From the NCBI GenBank assembly GCA_977020255.1, contig CDROCS010001101.1, positions 372,001 through 436,000 of the forward strand: DNA of 64,000 nt, in the 5' to 3' direction. The notes below the pieces were generated by a model. It was not told the DNA's origin. It made no database searches and was given only the letters and a program-made list of their open reading frames with translations. The DNA is from Obrimoposthia wandeli (Eukaryota). Each line of letters begins with the position of its first letter. Position 1 is the first letter of the stretch. Position numbers and translations under genes: made by a program. Of this stretch, positions 32,101-41,435 are shown piece by piece.

Positions 32101-32786
32101 TCTTCTATTTAGCGATTCCATTGACCCTGGCGGTCTACTTACTTGCACAATTGTTTTATAAGAAAACCGCACTGGCAATATTCAACCCGATTTTATTATC
32201 GATTAGTGCATTAATCACCATCATGTTGATATTTGGGTTTGAGCTTGAACAATACGAGCAAGGCACCAACATTCTGACTTGGTTACTTGAGCCTGCAGTG
32301 ATCGCCCTTGCCTTCCCCTTATACCAACAGTTTGTGCATGTAAAATCTAAAATTGTACCGGTATTAGTGGCATGTAGTGTCGGTGTTATTGTTGGTCTTG
32401 TGGTAACAACCTTTGTCGCGATCAGTTTTTCAGCCTCGCCGGAGATCATCGCCTCACTGGCACCTAAAGCGGTAACAACACCTATCGCAATGGCAATCAG
32501 TCAGACTATCGGTGGGATCCCTGCCATATCCGCTATTATGGTTATTATTGTGGGTATATTCGGTAACGTCTGCGCGCCATTTTTATTAAAACATTTACGT
32601 ATTAGAACGCCAGAAGCACAAGGCCTAGCCATCGGTTCAGGTTCGCATGTAATAGGTACATCTAAAGCCATGGAACTGAGTCATATACACGGGGCATTCA
32701 GTACAACAGCCTTGTTAATCAGTGCCGTACTGACCTCTATCATCGCACCAGTACTATATCCATACTTGCTCACTTGGATGCTGTAG
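32097..32786 (+). CDS. lrgB: LrgB family membrane protein
   Basis: LLEPAVIALAFPLY, PKAVTTPIAM, GSGSHVIGT. Confidence 0.88.
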   Translation: MIFYLAIPLTLAVYLLAQLFYKKTALAIFNPILLSISALITIMLIFGFELEQYEQGTNILTWLLEPAVIALAFPLYQQFVHVKSKIVPVLVACSVGVIVGLVVTTFVAISFSASPEIIASLAPKAVTTPIAMAISQTIGGIPAISAIMVIIVGIFGNVCAPFLLKHLRIRTPEAQGLAIGSGSHVIGTSKAMELSHIHGAFSTTALLISAVLTSIIAPVLYPYLLTWML

Positions 32787-32807
32787 TTATATTGTAATAG
32801 CGCAATT

Positions 32808-32845
32808 TTATTAGCTGTTATTTCAGCTGAAATAACAGCTAATAA
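32808..32845. repeat. 38-bp perfect palindrome
   Basis: TTATTAGCTGTTATTTCAG|CTGAAATAACAGCTAATAA, 19-bp arms with no spacer. Confidence 0.9.
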
Positions 32846-32956
32846 CTCGTGACTAAATACTCCACAGCAAAATAGCGCGTCTTCAACTAGAATAAGCTAA
32901 GAAGATGTAAAGTAGTCTCGTTATATTCGAGAGAGTTATAGCCTGTGGAGGTTATC

Positions 32957-33160
32957 ATGAAACAGTTTTCTCATAGGACCATTGTGTGTCCTCATTGTGG
33001 TCAATTTGTCACTGCAGATATTGATGCCAGCAATGGCGCGCAAGATTTTTATGATGAATGTAGTGCCTGCTGTAATAGTATTCATTTTAAGCTATTGCAT
33101 GATCAGATAAATGAAAAGTATGAGTTATTTATTGATGCGGATGATGAGCAGATATTTTAA
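32957..33160 (+). CDS. CPXCG motif cysteine-rich small protein
   Basis: RBS GGAGG; CPHCG...DECSACC. Confidence 0.85.
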   Translation: MKQFSHRTIVCPHCGQFVTADIDASNGAQDFYDECSACCNSIHFKLLHDQINEKYELFIDADDEQIF

Positions 33161-33253
33161 ATATGAGTAAAACTAGGAGCGATACGGCATGTTTGAATAA
33201 ACATAGAGGCCAGACTATCGCTCTTAACTATTTATCTTAATTATTTATCTTAA

Positions 33254-33859
33254 TTATTTATTTAACATCATACGTTCGACCGTATCTACAATCGCTTGTG
33301 TTTGACTATCAATCTCAATATTCACAAACTGGCCCACTTTACGTCCACCTAAGTTCGTCACGCCCAATGTTTCTGGAATTAAATGCACCCAGAATTTTCC
33401 GTCGGCAACATCACCTAAAGTTAAGCTAATACCATCAATCGAAATAAAGCCTTTTGGTAGCACATATTTTTGCCATTCCGGCGCTATTTTAAAACAGATG
33501 TCACAGTTAGTGTCGGTGCGGTTAATCGTGACAATTTCAGCTTGGGTATGAACGTGACCCGACAATAAATGCCCACCGATTTCATCACCAAACTTAGCAG
33601 CTCGTTCTAGGTTCACTTCATCGCCGACTTCAAGGTCAACGAGGTTGGTTACTTTCAGCGTTTCTTCAATTACATCAAAGCAAACACTGTTGTCGTTCAT
33701 CTTTACGACAGTCAAACATGTACCGTTATTAGCGATACTAGCACCAATAACTAAACCGTCTTGGTGTGCTTTATCAAGCGTTACTTCTAAGGTATGTAAC
33801 TGCTCTTTTTTATCGATACTAATAATTTTTGCTTTTCTTTGTACAATGCCAGTAAACAT
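33254..33859 (-). CDS. ribE: riboflavin synthase (alpha chain)
   Basis: MFTGIV, SIANNGTCLTV, GGHLLSGH, GFISIDGISLT. Confidence 0.95.
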   Translation of the reverse strand: MFTGIVQRKAKIISIDKKEQLHTLEVTLDKAHQDGLVIGASIANNGTCLTVVKMNDNSVCFDVIEETLKVTNLVDLEVGDEVNLERAAKFGDEIGGHLLSGHVHTQAEIVTINRTDTNCDICFKIAPEWQKYVLPKGFISIDGISLTLGDVADGKFWVHLIPETLGVTNLGGRKVGQFVNIEIDSQTQAIVDTVERMMLNK

Positions 33860-34131
33860 AAATAACCTTCATCATGATTTAAAAGAATATACGTCACTAT
33901 ATCGCGTTATTTTAGATAATTCATCTAGTTAATAAGCCGATATTAATATGGAATAAAATAATTTCAAATACATCTGTAAATACTAGCTATAAAGGATTAT
34001 TATGCTCCTAGCTGGATCAGGTATGTCCTCACGAACGCGAATATCACCACATTCATAATCAAATCTTTCGTTTTCAGCAACATCAATTCTTAGAATACAC
34101 AACATAACAACCCTACATATCCGGAGTACCA

Positions 34132-35508
34132 GTGCAGAAATATCGATCTGAGGTTTCTAACTTATTTAAATTAATGGTTCCAATTTTGATCGCCCAACTG
34201 GCGTTCACTGTGATGGGCTTTGTTGACACCGTAATGGCTGGCGCAGTAAGTGCAACAGACATGGCTGCTGTCGCAATTGCCAACAGTATTTGGTTCCCAG
34301 TGCTAATGTTTTTAGTTGGCATCTTAATGGCGATCACACCGATCGTCGCGCAGCTTTATGGCGCAAAAAGACAAAGTGAAATTGCGCAAGTGGTTCAGCA
34401 AGGGATCTGGTTTGTATTAATCATCTTCCTGCCAATGATGGCACTGTTGTATTACAGCCCAATGATCCTTGATTTCATGCATGTTGAAGATAGATTAGCC
34501 GAGTTAACAACAGATTATTTACGCATGATCTCATTAGCGCTACCGTTTGCCTGTGGTTATCAAGTGATCCGTAGTTATCATGAAGGTTTAGGTATTACCA
34601 AACCAACTATGGTAATCGGCCTAATTGGTATCATGGTCAACGTACCAGCAAACTATATCTTTATTAATGGTCACTTTGGTATGCCAGCACTTGGTGGTGT
34701 TGGTTGTGCGGTAGCGTCTGTACTGGTCTTTATCGCGATGTGTATCTCGATGATTGCTTATAGCTATTTCCATAAAGATTTTAAAGACATCAAATTATTC
34801 GATAAAGTTTACCCTATCGACAAAAAAGAGATGTCACATATCATCGGTGTTGGTTTTCCAATTGCTGCATCTATGTTCTGTGAAGTAACCTTATTTGCTG
34901 TTGTATCAATTTTGTTAGCACCGCTTGGCGCTATCACAGTTGCAGCGCATCAGGTAGCGTTAAACTTCTCATCAATGGTGTTTATGCTACCGCTAAGCTT
35001 AGGTATTGCTGCAACCATTGTTGTTGGTCAATATGTCGGTGAGAAAAAACCATTACAAGCGAAATCTGCCAGCATCACAGCAATGTGGATGGGCGTTGGT
35101 TTTTCTGTTATCACGGCGATCTTTACTATCGTGTTACGTAACGAAATCGCAGAGATTTATACCGATGACATCACAACGATTAATATCGCAACAGGCTTGA
35201 TGTTGATTGCTGCTGTATATCAAATCTCGGATGCTGTGCAAGTGATTGCTGCTGGTGCATTACGTGGTTATAAAGAAACTAAGATTATTTTTGCCATCAC
35301 CCTGTTCTCTTACTGGGCTGTAGGTATGACGATTGGTTATACACTCGCATTAACAGATCTCATTGTACCTGCGATGGGTCCGGCTGGTTTCTGGATTGGC
35401 TTTATCTCTGGTTTAACAATGGCGGCAATATTGCTATCAATTAAACTGTCTAGTGTGTTTAAAAAAACAACCTTAGGCCATACCGTTGAATTAACCGCGA
35501 CTGCTTAA
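34132..35508 (+). CDS. norM: MATE multidrug efflux transporter NorM/MdtK
   Basis: GFVDTVMAG, FCEVTLF, YQISDAVQV; divergent from ribE as in enterobacteria and vibrios. Confidence 0.92.
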   Translation: MQKYRSEVSNLFKLMVPILIAQLAFTVMGFVDTVMAGAVSATDMAAVAIANSIWFPVLMFLVGILMAITPIVAQLYGAKRQSEIAQVVQQGIWFVLIIFLPMMALLYYSPMILDFMHVEDRLAELTTDYLRMISLALPFACGYQVIRSYHEGLGITKPTMVIGLIGIMVNVPANYIFINGHFGMPALGGVGCAVASVLVFIAMCISMIAYSYFHKDFKDIKLFDKVYPIDKKEMSHIIGVGFPIAASMFCEVTLFAVVSILLAPLGAITVAAHQVALNFSSMVFMLPLSLGIAATIVVGQYVGEKKPLQAKSASITAMWMGVGFSVITAIFTIVLRNEIAEIYTDDITTINIATGLMLIAAVYQISDAVQVIAAGALRGYKETKIIFAITLFSYWAVGMTIGYTLALTDLIVPAMGPAGFWIGFISGLTMAAILLSIKLSSVFKKTTLGHTVELTATA

Positions 35509-35541
35509 TAAGCAATACGTTATTTGACCGATATGACATGT

Positions 35542-35580
35542 AAAAAGGCGGTAGTGATGCACATCACTACCGCCTTTTTT
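35542..35580. terminator. bidirectional terminator between norM and norR
   Basis: AAAAAGGCGGTAGTGATG / CATCACTACCGCCTTTTT. Confidence 0.9.
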
Positions 35581-35623
35581 ATGCGAACTACATAACCATT
35601 TTATTACACTTTCACACCGTTAA

Positions 35624-37273
35624 TTACTGAATATCGAGTCGCTTCATTAATCGATGTAAATTACTTCTATCTACCCCTATCGCACGTGCTGTTGCCGCAG
35701 AGTTACCACTATTTTCAGCTAACATTTTTTTGATAAACTGAGTTTGAAAATCATCGGTTATTTGCTTTAAGCTATTGTCGTTATCCAGGGTATTAATGAC
35801 TATATCATTTTCCCCCACATTAAGCGCTACAGCGGTTATCCCCGTAGTGTCGGTTGTTAATAAAGACGCTGGCATACTATCATCACCTAGCATTTGAATA
35901 TCTAGATCACGACTTTCTAATACCACAACACGCTCATCTTTACGATTACGCGCAGCGGCTCTTAATGACGCGCGACTTAACAAATGCTCAAGCTCTCGCA
36001 CATTACCCGGCCATTCATACGCCAGCAATGCGCGTTCAGCATCTTTTGCTAGGGTTAAGTTATTTAAACCGACTTTACGTTGGATCTTGGCAAGAAAATT
36101 ACCCGCTAATAACAAGATGTCATTACCACGTTCACGTAAGCTCGGTACTTTTAATGGATAGACAGTTAACCTGTGATACAAATCATCTCTAAAGCGCCCT
36201 TCGACCACCTCTTTGGCTAAATCTCGGTTGGTTGCAGTAATTAACCGTACATCGACCTTATGCGGTTTATCGCTACCTAAACGCTGCAACTCGCCAAACT
36301 GAATAACCCGTAATAACTTAGCTTGAATAGATAACGGCAGTTCGCCGATTTCATCGAGAAATAAGGTACCAGCATCAGCAAGTTCAAATTTACCTAAGCG
36401 GTTTTTGGTCGCCCCAGTAAATGCGCCAGCAACATGCCCAAACAACTCACTTTCAACCATAGTTTCTGGTAACGCGGCGCAGTTCACCGTGATTAAAGCC
36501 TCTTTGGCGCGCTTAGATGCCATGTGAATTTTACGAGCCACCAGCTCTTTACCTGAACCTGATTCACCATATATGAGTGCAGCTAAGTCAGAGTTTGCCA
36601 CGAGATCTATTTCTATATTGAGTGTGTTCATTGCTGAACTAGTACCAATCATTTCTTCACTAAATTTTTCATTAATAAGACTGGCAGTCACCTGTTCTTG
36701 ATGTTGCACTCTTTGGTCTAATGCAAAGATCAAATTCGCGGTTTTTATGACGACTTCGGTTAAGCCGATCATTGAATTTAACATAGCAGGATCGAGTGAA
36801 TCAAAGCGTTGTGGATTAAGCGCATCCATGGTGACAATACCCCAAGGCTTATTATCTATCACTAACACCGCCCCCATGCAATCATGCACGTTCAACTGGC
36901 CATCAGGTGTTTGGATCAAGCCATCATAAGGGTCAGGTAATTCACAGGCGGCATCAAAGCGGTGCACCTTCTTTTGTACTTCATTATCATTGTCGTTGTC
37001 ATTATCACTGTCATCATAATAATGCGCTAAAATCTGTTCGAATCGTGGGTGTTCTGCTATCGGAAAATGTCTACCCATAGCTTCAATTTGTAAGCCGTTC
37101 GCAGACTTAGGCACCAAGTTATCACCCTCAAGCTTTAACAATACGCACGCATCACATGCAAACGTATCGCGCCATGCCTGTAACAAACGATTGTAGCGTT
37201 GATACTTTGGCAGCTCTCGAGATAAATCATAAATAATAGTATCCATGCTTTCGATAAAACGGGTGCTATCCAT
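35624..37273 (-). CDS. norR: NO-responsive sigma54 activator
   Basis: GAF domain with PDPYD, HDCMG and TMDA iron-ligand motifs; [23 protein letters not shown]; C-terminal Fis-type HTH. Confidence 0.9.
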   Translation of the reverse strand: MDSTRFIESMDTIIYDLSRELPKYQRYNRLLQAWRDTFACDACVLLKLEGDNLVPKSANGLQIEAMGRHFPIAEHPRFEQILAHYYDDSDNDNDNDNEVQKKVHRFDAACELPDPYDGLIQTPDGQLNVHDCMGAVLVIDNKPWGIVTMDALNPQRFDSLDPAMLNSMIGLTEVVIKTANLIFALDQRVQHQEQVTASLINEKFSEEMIGTSSAMNTLNIEIDLVANSDLAALIYGESGSGKELVARKIHMASKRAKEALITVNCAALPETMVESELFGHVAGAFTGATKNRLGKFELADAGTLFLDEIGELPLSIQAKLLRVIQFGELQRLGSDKPHKVDVRLITATNRDLAKEVVEGRFRDDLYHRLTVYPLKVPSLRERGNDILLLAGNFLAKIQRKVGLNNLTLAKDAERALLAYEWPGNVRELEHLLSRASLRAAARNRKDERVVVLESRDLDIQMLGDDSMPASLLTTDTTGITAVALNVGENDIVINTLDNDNSLKQITDDFQTQFIKKMLAENSGNSAATARAIGVDRSNLHRLMKRLDIQ

Positions 37274-37327
37274 GGTAACAGATCCTTAAAACGGTCATTC
37301 AATGGCTAGTAGTTATAACACTGAGTA

Positions 37328-37338
37328 GTCATTGTGAC
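37328..37338. promoter_or_regulatory. NorR-type site upstream of norR
   Basis: GTCATTGTGAC (GT-N7-AC, GTCA-N3-TGAC). Confidence 0.5.
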
Positions 37339-37569
37339 AACGAGCAATATCTTTATTAGTTTGCATTTTACTTGCATCCACCAGCCTGTAGGTTAAATCG
37401 CCGCCTTTACACGACAACTTCGCCTGTGCTCATTGATGCATATCAACTATTTTTATTGATTTACCGATAAATTTTAAACCACCATTAAACCTGTGATAAA
37501 ATCAGCCAATTAAATACATTAATATATAAATCTGCCGGGTCTAAACTCGACATAATAAAGGAATTCTTT

Positions 37570-38802
37570 GTGTCATTAACACATCCCGCACACGTCGTTA
37601 TTATCGGCGCAGGCCCTTCAGGTTCACTTGCTGCAGCACTACTAAACAAGCAAGGCATTAATACCACTATTATCGAAAAATCAACATTCCCACGCTTTTC
37701 AATTGGCGAAAGCTTACTGCCCGCTTGCATGGAATCACTTAAAAAAGCCGATATGTTTGATGCTGTAAACGCGGCTGGTTTCCAGTTTAAAAATGGCGCG
37801 GCTTTTCACGCTAACGGTCAATATACAGAATTTGATTTTACTGATAAATACACGGCTGGAGAAGGTACAACATTCCAAGTTCAACGTGGTCAGTTCGATA
37901 AACTGCTTGCCGATACAGCTGAGCAACAAGGCGTCACGATCCATTATCAGCACGAAGTTAAAAGCATCGATGTCGACAGAGAAAAGCCATTATTAACCGT
38001 GTTAGATGAAAATCAAAATAGCTATGACTTAGAAGCTGATTTCATCCTTGATGCCAGTGGTTTTGGTCGTGTTATTCCACGCTTACTCGGATTAGAAGAG
38101 CCATCTACCCTGCCGCCAAGACGCGCTATCTTTACCCATATTGAAGATAACATTACTGCGGCGCATTATGACCGTAACAAAATATTGGTGTCCGTTCATC
38201 CTAAAGATAGCAAAGTTTGGTATTGGTTAATTCCATTTAGTAACGGCACTTGTTCATTTGGTGTGGTTGGTGAACCTGAGTTTTTTGCCAACTATCCAGA
38301 TGATCATCTTGCAGCATTAAAGCAGCTCGCGACTGAAGAAAGTAATCTCAATAGCTTACTTTCACAAGCAAACTACCCTAACCCGTGTGGCACGATCATG
38401 GGTTATTCTGCTAACGTAACTAAACTCTTTGATCGTAATTTTGCTTTACTGGGGAATGCAGGTGAGTTTTTAGATCCGGTATTTTCGTCAGGCGTTACGA
38501 TTGCAATGAAGTCGGCAGAACTGGCCTCAGACTTGTTAGTGAAGCAGTTCAATAATGAAACCGTTGATTGGCAAACAGAATATGCCGATACATTGATGAC
38601 AGGTGTTAACGCATTCCGTTGTTATGTTGAAGGTTGGTATACGGGTGAATTTCAAGACGTGGTCTTACACGACAATCCGAATCCGAAGATCAAACAAATG
38701 ATCTGTTCTATTTTAGCCGGTTATGCGTGGGATAAAAGCAATCCATTTGTAGCAGAACCAGCGCGCCGATTGAAAGCAGTAGCTGCTATTTGTAAGGCTT
38801 AA
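37570..38802 (+). CDS. FAD-dependent oxidoreductase of the flavin-dependent halogenase-like family
   Basis: GAGPSG FAD motif, FPRFSIGESL, WYWLIP, GNAGEFLDPVFSSG. Confidence 0.8.
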   Translation: MSLTHPAHVVIIGAGPSGSLAAALLNKQGINTTIIEKSTFPRFSIGESLLPACMESLKKADMFDAVNAAGFQFKNGAAFHANGQYTEFDFTDKYTAGEGTTFQVQRGQFDKLLADTAEQQGVTIHYQHEVKSIDVDREKPLLTVLDENQNSYDLEADFILDASGFGRVIPRLLGLEEPSTLPPRRAIFTHIEDNITAAHYDRNKILVSVHPKDSKVWYWLIPFSNGTCSFGVVGEPEFFANYPDDHLAALKQLATEESNLNSLLSQANYPNPCGTIMGYSANVTKLFDRNFALLGNAGEFLDPVFSSGVTIAMKSAELASDLLVKQFNNETVDWQTEYADTLMTGVNAFRCYVEGWYTGEFQDVVLHDNPNPKIKQMICSILAGYAWDKSNPFVAEPARRLKAVAAICKA

Positions 38803-38830
38803 GCTATTGCTTAAACAAGCTAGATAACGA

Positions 38831-38864
38831 AGCCTTCCCCTGTCATTGAGGAAGGCTGATTTTT
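38831..38864 (+). terminator. terminator between convergent genes
   Basis: AGCCTTCC / GGAAGGCT then a T-rich tract. Confidence 0.6.
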
Positions 38865-38885
38865 AAACTACGTATATAAAATACT

Positions 38886-39386
38886 TTATAACCACTTTTC
38901 GATTAGTACTTCATCGATATAATCGCCATTTATCTTCGCGTGCTTTTTAGCGATACCAATGACTTCAAACCCATGCTTTAAATACGTTGCGAGTGCATTC
39001 TTGTTGTCCTCTCGCACATAAGCAAACAACTTTTCATAACCTTTAGATTTTGCTCGTTCAAACGTGGCGTTAAACAAACTCGATGCAATACCTTGCCTTC
39101 TGTAGCTACCATCAACATAGGTACCTATGATCCCAACATGATCAAAAGCATGGGTATACGTTGCGAACGGCTCTACGTTTTGGAAACCAACAATGGTTGA
39201 TTCTGCTGAATTCACCGCAACATTAAATACACCTCTTTCAGGGAAGTCTTGAATAAATTGCACTTCCTCTTCGAGCGTAAATGTAGAATCAAGAATGGTA
39301 TAAAGACCACCTTCGATAATAGGGTTCAATATATTCATGATGCCTTGCGCATCTGCTTGTTGAACATCCCTAATAGTTAATTTCAT
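38886..39386 (-). CDS. GNAT family acetyltransferase
   Basis: ATG 39386 after RBS AAGGA; YVDGSYRRQGIA acetyl-CoA motif, NKNALATY. Confidence 0.85.
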   Translation of the reverse strand: MKLTIRDVQQADAQGIMNILNPIIEGGLYTILDSTFTLEEEVQFIQDFPERGVFNVAVNSAESTIVGFQNVEPFATYTHAFDHVGIIGTYVDGSYRRQGIASSLFNATFERAKSKGYEKLFAYVREDNKNALATYLKHGFEVIGIAKKHAKINGDYIDEVLIEKWL

Positions 39387-39611
39387 GGTTTTCCTTGAAT
39401 GTCTAAGTTGTGCCCTACTGGGCGTATTTATCATAAGCCCAATTCCATCTCATCCTTGAGAATAAAATCGGCTTTTAAATTAATTGACTAAGCAGGTAAT
39501 TCACAAGCCAAGCGCCAACTATAAACTATTTTATTGCCTGTAAATCGGCTATTTAAACAAACTGAATCGGTTTTATACATGCTGTTGTTGTTTATTATTA
39601 CCACGATGGTT

Positions 39612-39666
39612 GTCAAAATGACTTTTAGTTGTATTTATGACAACCAATGACCGTTGTCATAAATAC
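39612..39666 (+). promoter_or_regulatory. three NorR binding sites upstream of hmp
   Basis: GTCAAAATGAC (39612-22), GTATTTATGAC (39631-41), GTCATAAATAC (39656-66); all GT-N7-AC. Confidence 0.85.
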
Positions 39667-39731
39667 AACTAAATTGATTATTAATTTATCATTAAAATAA
39701 AAAACATTAATAATCAACAGCTTGATAAACT

Positions 39732-39747
39732 TGGCACGGCTACTGCA
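39732..39747 (+). promoter_or_regulatory. sigma54 (-24/-12) promoter of hmp
   Basis: TGGCAC-GGCTA-CTGCA. Confidence 0.85.
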
Positions 39748-39765
39748 ATACAGAAAATATAAATA

Positions 39766-39779
39766 TTGATGTAGATCAA
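39766..39779 (+). promoter_or_regulatory. FNR box downstream of the hmp sigma54 promoter
   Basis: TTGAT-GTAG-ATCAA, perfect consensus. Confidence 0.8.
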
Positions 39780-39823
39780 TTATTCTCAAAAACCGATTAA
39801 CCAACCTATACAAGGTAGCTATT

Positions 39824-41014
39824 ATGTTAACTCAACAAACTATTGATATTATTAAAGCGACTGTCCCAGCTGTTTCTGTTCATGCTAATGATATTACAGC
39901 GCATTTTTATCCTTTGATGTTCAGAGAATATCCAGAAGTAAAACGTTTCTTTAACCAAAGTAACCAAGCAGGTAACGCCCAACCTAAAGCACTGGCGAAC
40001 GCACTTGTTGCTTATGCGGGTAACATCGAAAACCTATCTGTATTAGAAGCTGCTGTAAACCGTATTGTTAACAAGCACGTGTCATTGAATATTTTACCAG
40101 AACAATACGCAATTGTTGGCGAGTGTTTGTTAAAATCAATCAAAGCCGTATTGGGTGACGCAGCGACAGACGCTGTAATTGAAGCTTGGGGACAAGCATA
40201 TTGGCAGCTAGCCGATCTACTTATCGCAGCAGAAGAAGCGGCATACACAGCGAATGCAGAGAAAGAAGGCGGCTGGCGTGGCGAACGTGACTTCAAAGTC
40301 ACTTCAAAAGTAGCTGAAAGCGATACCATCACGTCATTCTATCTAACACCTACTGATGGCCGACCTGTATCTTCATTCACACCTGGTCAGTTTATCGGTC
40401 TAGTATTAAACATTGATGGTGAAGAAACACGTCGTCAATACAGCCTTTCTGACTCACCAAATTCTGAATACTTACGTATTAGTATTAAACGTGAAGAAGG
40501 TGGCGCAGCATCTAACCACTTACATAATAAAGTGCAAGCTGGTGACACATTGCGTGTATTAGCACCTGCTGGTGACTTCGTATTAAAAGACAATAAAAAA
40601 CCTGTTGTACTTGTTACTGGTGGTGTAGGTATCACACCTGCAATCAGCATGCTTAATAGCTTGAAAGATACAGACCGCCCGATTCACTTTATTCACGCAG
40701 CAATGAACACTAAAGTTCACGCCTTCCGTGATCATGTAAAATGTCTTGCCGCTGAAAACGACAACATCAAACCTTACTTCGTTTACAGCCATGCAACGGA
40801 AGAATGCCAGCCTGACGCAACAGGTTTCATCAATCTAGCAATGCTTGAAGAGAAAATTGGTAATGACCGTGACGTAGAATTCTATTTCTTAGGTCCAAAA
40901 CCTTTCATGCAAGCAATGAACGGTTTCGCTCCTAAATTAAGAATTCCAGCTGAAAATGTGCATTTTGAATTCTTTGGCCCTGCAGAAGATTTAAATATAG
41001 ACCCGGCTGCTTAG
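39824..41014 (+). CDS. hmp: flavohemoglobin (NO dioxygenase)
   Basis: Globin N-terminus (TAHFYPLMF, NKHVSL), RQYSLS, GGVGITP, FEFFGP. Confidence 0.95.
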   Translation: MLTQQTIDIIKATVPAVSVHANDITAHFYPLMFREYPEVKRFFNQSNQAGNAQPKALANALVAYAGNIENLSVLEAAVNRIVNKHVSLNILPEQYAIVGECLLKSIKAVLGDAATDAVIEAWGQAYWQLADLLIAAEEAAYTANAEKEGGWRGERDFKVTSKVAESDTITSFYLTPTDGRPVSSFTPGQFIGLVLNIDGEETRRQYSLSDSPNSEYLRISIKREEGGAASNHLHNKVQAGDTLRVLAPAGDFVLKDNKKPVVLVTGGVGITPAISMLNSLKDTDRPIHFIHAAMNTKVHAFRDHVKCLAAENDNIKPYFVYSHATEECQPDATGFINLAMLEEKIGNDRDVEFYFLGPKPFMQAMNGFAPKLRIPAENVHFEFFGPAEDLNIDPAA

Positions 41015-41109
41015 TTTTAAAGCAATATACTGATATTGTTTAAAAAAGACTTGATGATAATAAGGATGCGGGATAGTATTTGATTCGTCTTAACGACATA
41101 CCAAATTAT

Positions 41110-41185
41110 GCTCGCTTAGCTCAGTTGGTAGAGCGCTAGCTCGACATGCTAGATGTCACAAGTTCAAATCTTGTAGCGAGCACCA
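41110..41185 (+). tRNA. tRNA-Val(GAC), copy 1
   Basis: Acceptor GCTCGCT/AGCGAGC, D arm GCTC/GAGC, anticodon arm CTAGC-TCGACAT-GCTAG, T arm ACAAG-TTCAAAT-CTTGT, A73-CCA; 76 nt. Confidence 0.95.
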
Positions 41186-41206
41186 TTTTTTAATGGTACA
41201 GATTCC

Positions 41207-41282
41207 GCGTCCTTAGCTCAGTTGGTAGAGCGCTAGCTCGACATGCTAGATGTCACAAGTTCAAATCTTGTAGGACGCACCA
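41207..41282 (+). tRNA. tRNA-Val(GAC), copy 2
   Basis: Acceptor GCGTCCT/AGGACGC; positions 8-65 identical to copy 1; encoded CCA. Confidence 0.95.
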
Positions 41283-41289
41283 AATAATG

Positions 41290-41318
41290 AAGCCTTGCTC
41301 ACTGAGCAGGGTTTTTTT
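41290..41318 (+). terminator. terminator of the tRNA-Val operon
   Basis: AAGCCTTGCTC / GAGCAGGGTTT plus T run. Confidence 0.85.
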
Positions 41319-41435
41319 ATACCTGAAATTCAATGTTCAAAACAATCTTCCTAAAACAACCTACTAAGCCAATCAATATAGCTATCGACCTAGTAAGATT
41401 TCATTACTGTTTACAACGTATATTACTTCCACGTA

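Noticed and set aside
33229-33260. 13-bp tandem repeat TATTTATCTTAAT at the ribE stop
   Set aside because: Two copies plus a partial in very AT-rich DNA; best explained as a simple slippage duplication, not CRISPR or an element.
33860-34131. FMN riboswitch ahead of ribE
   Set aside because: No conserved RFN sequence blocks were seen; it looks like an ordinary divergent promoter region.
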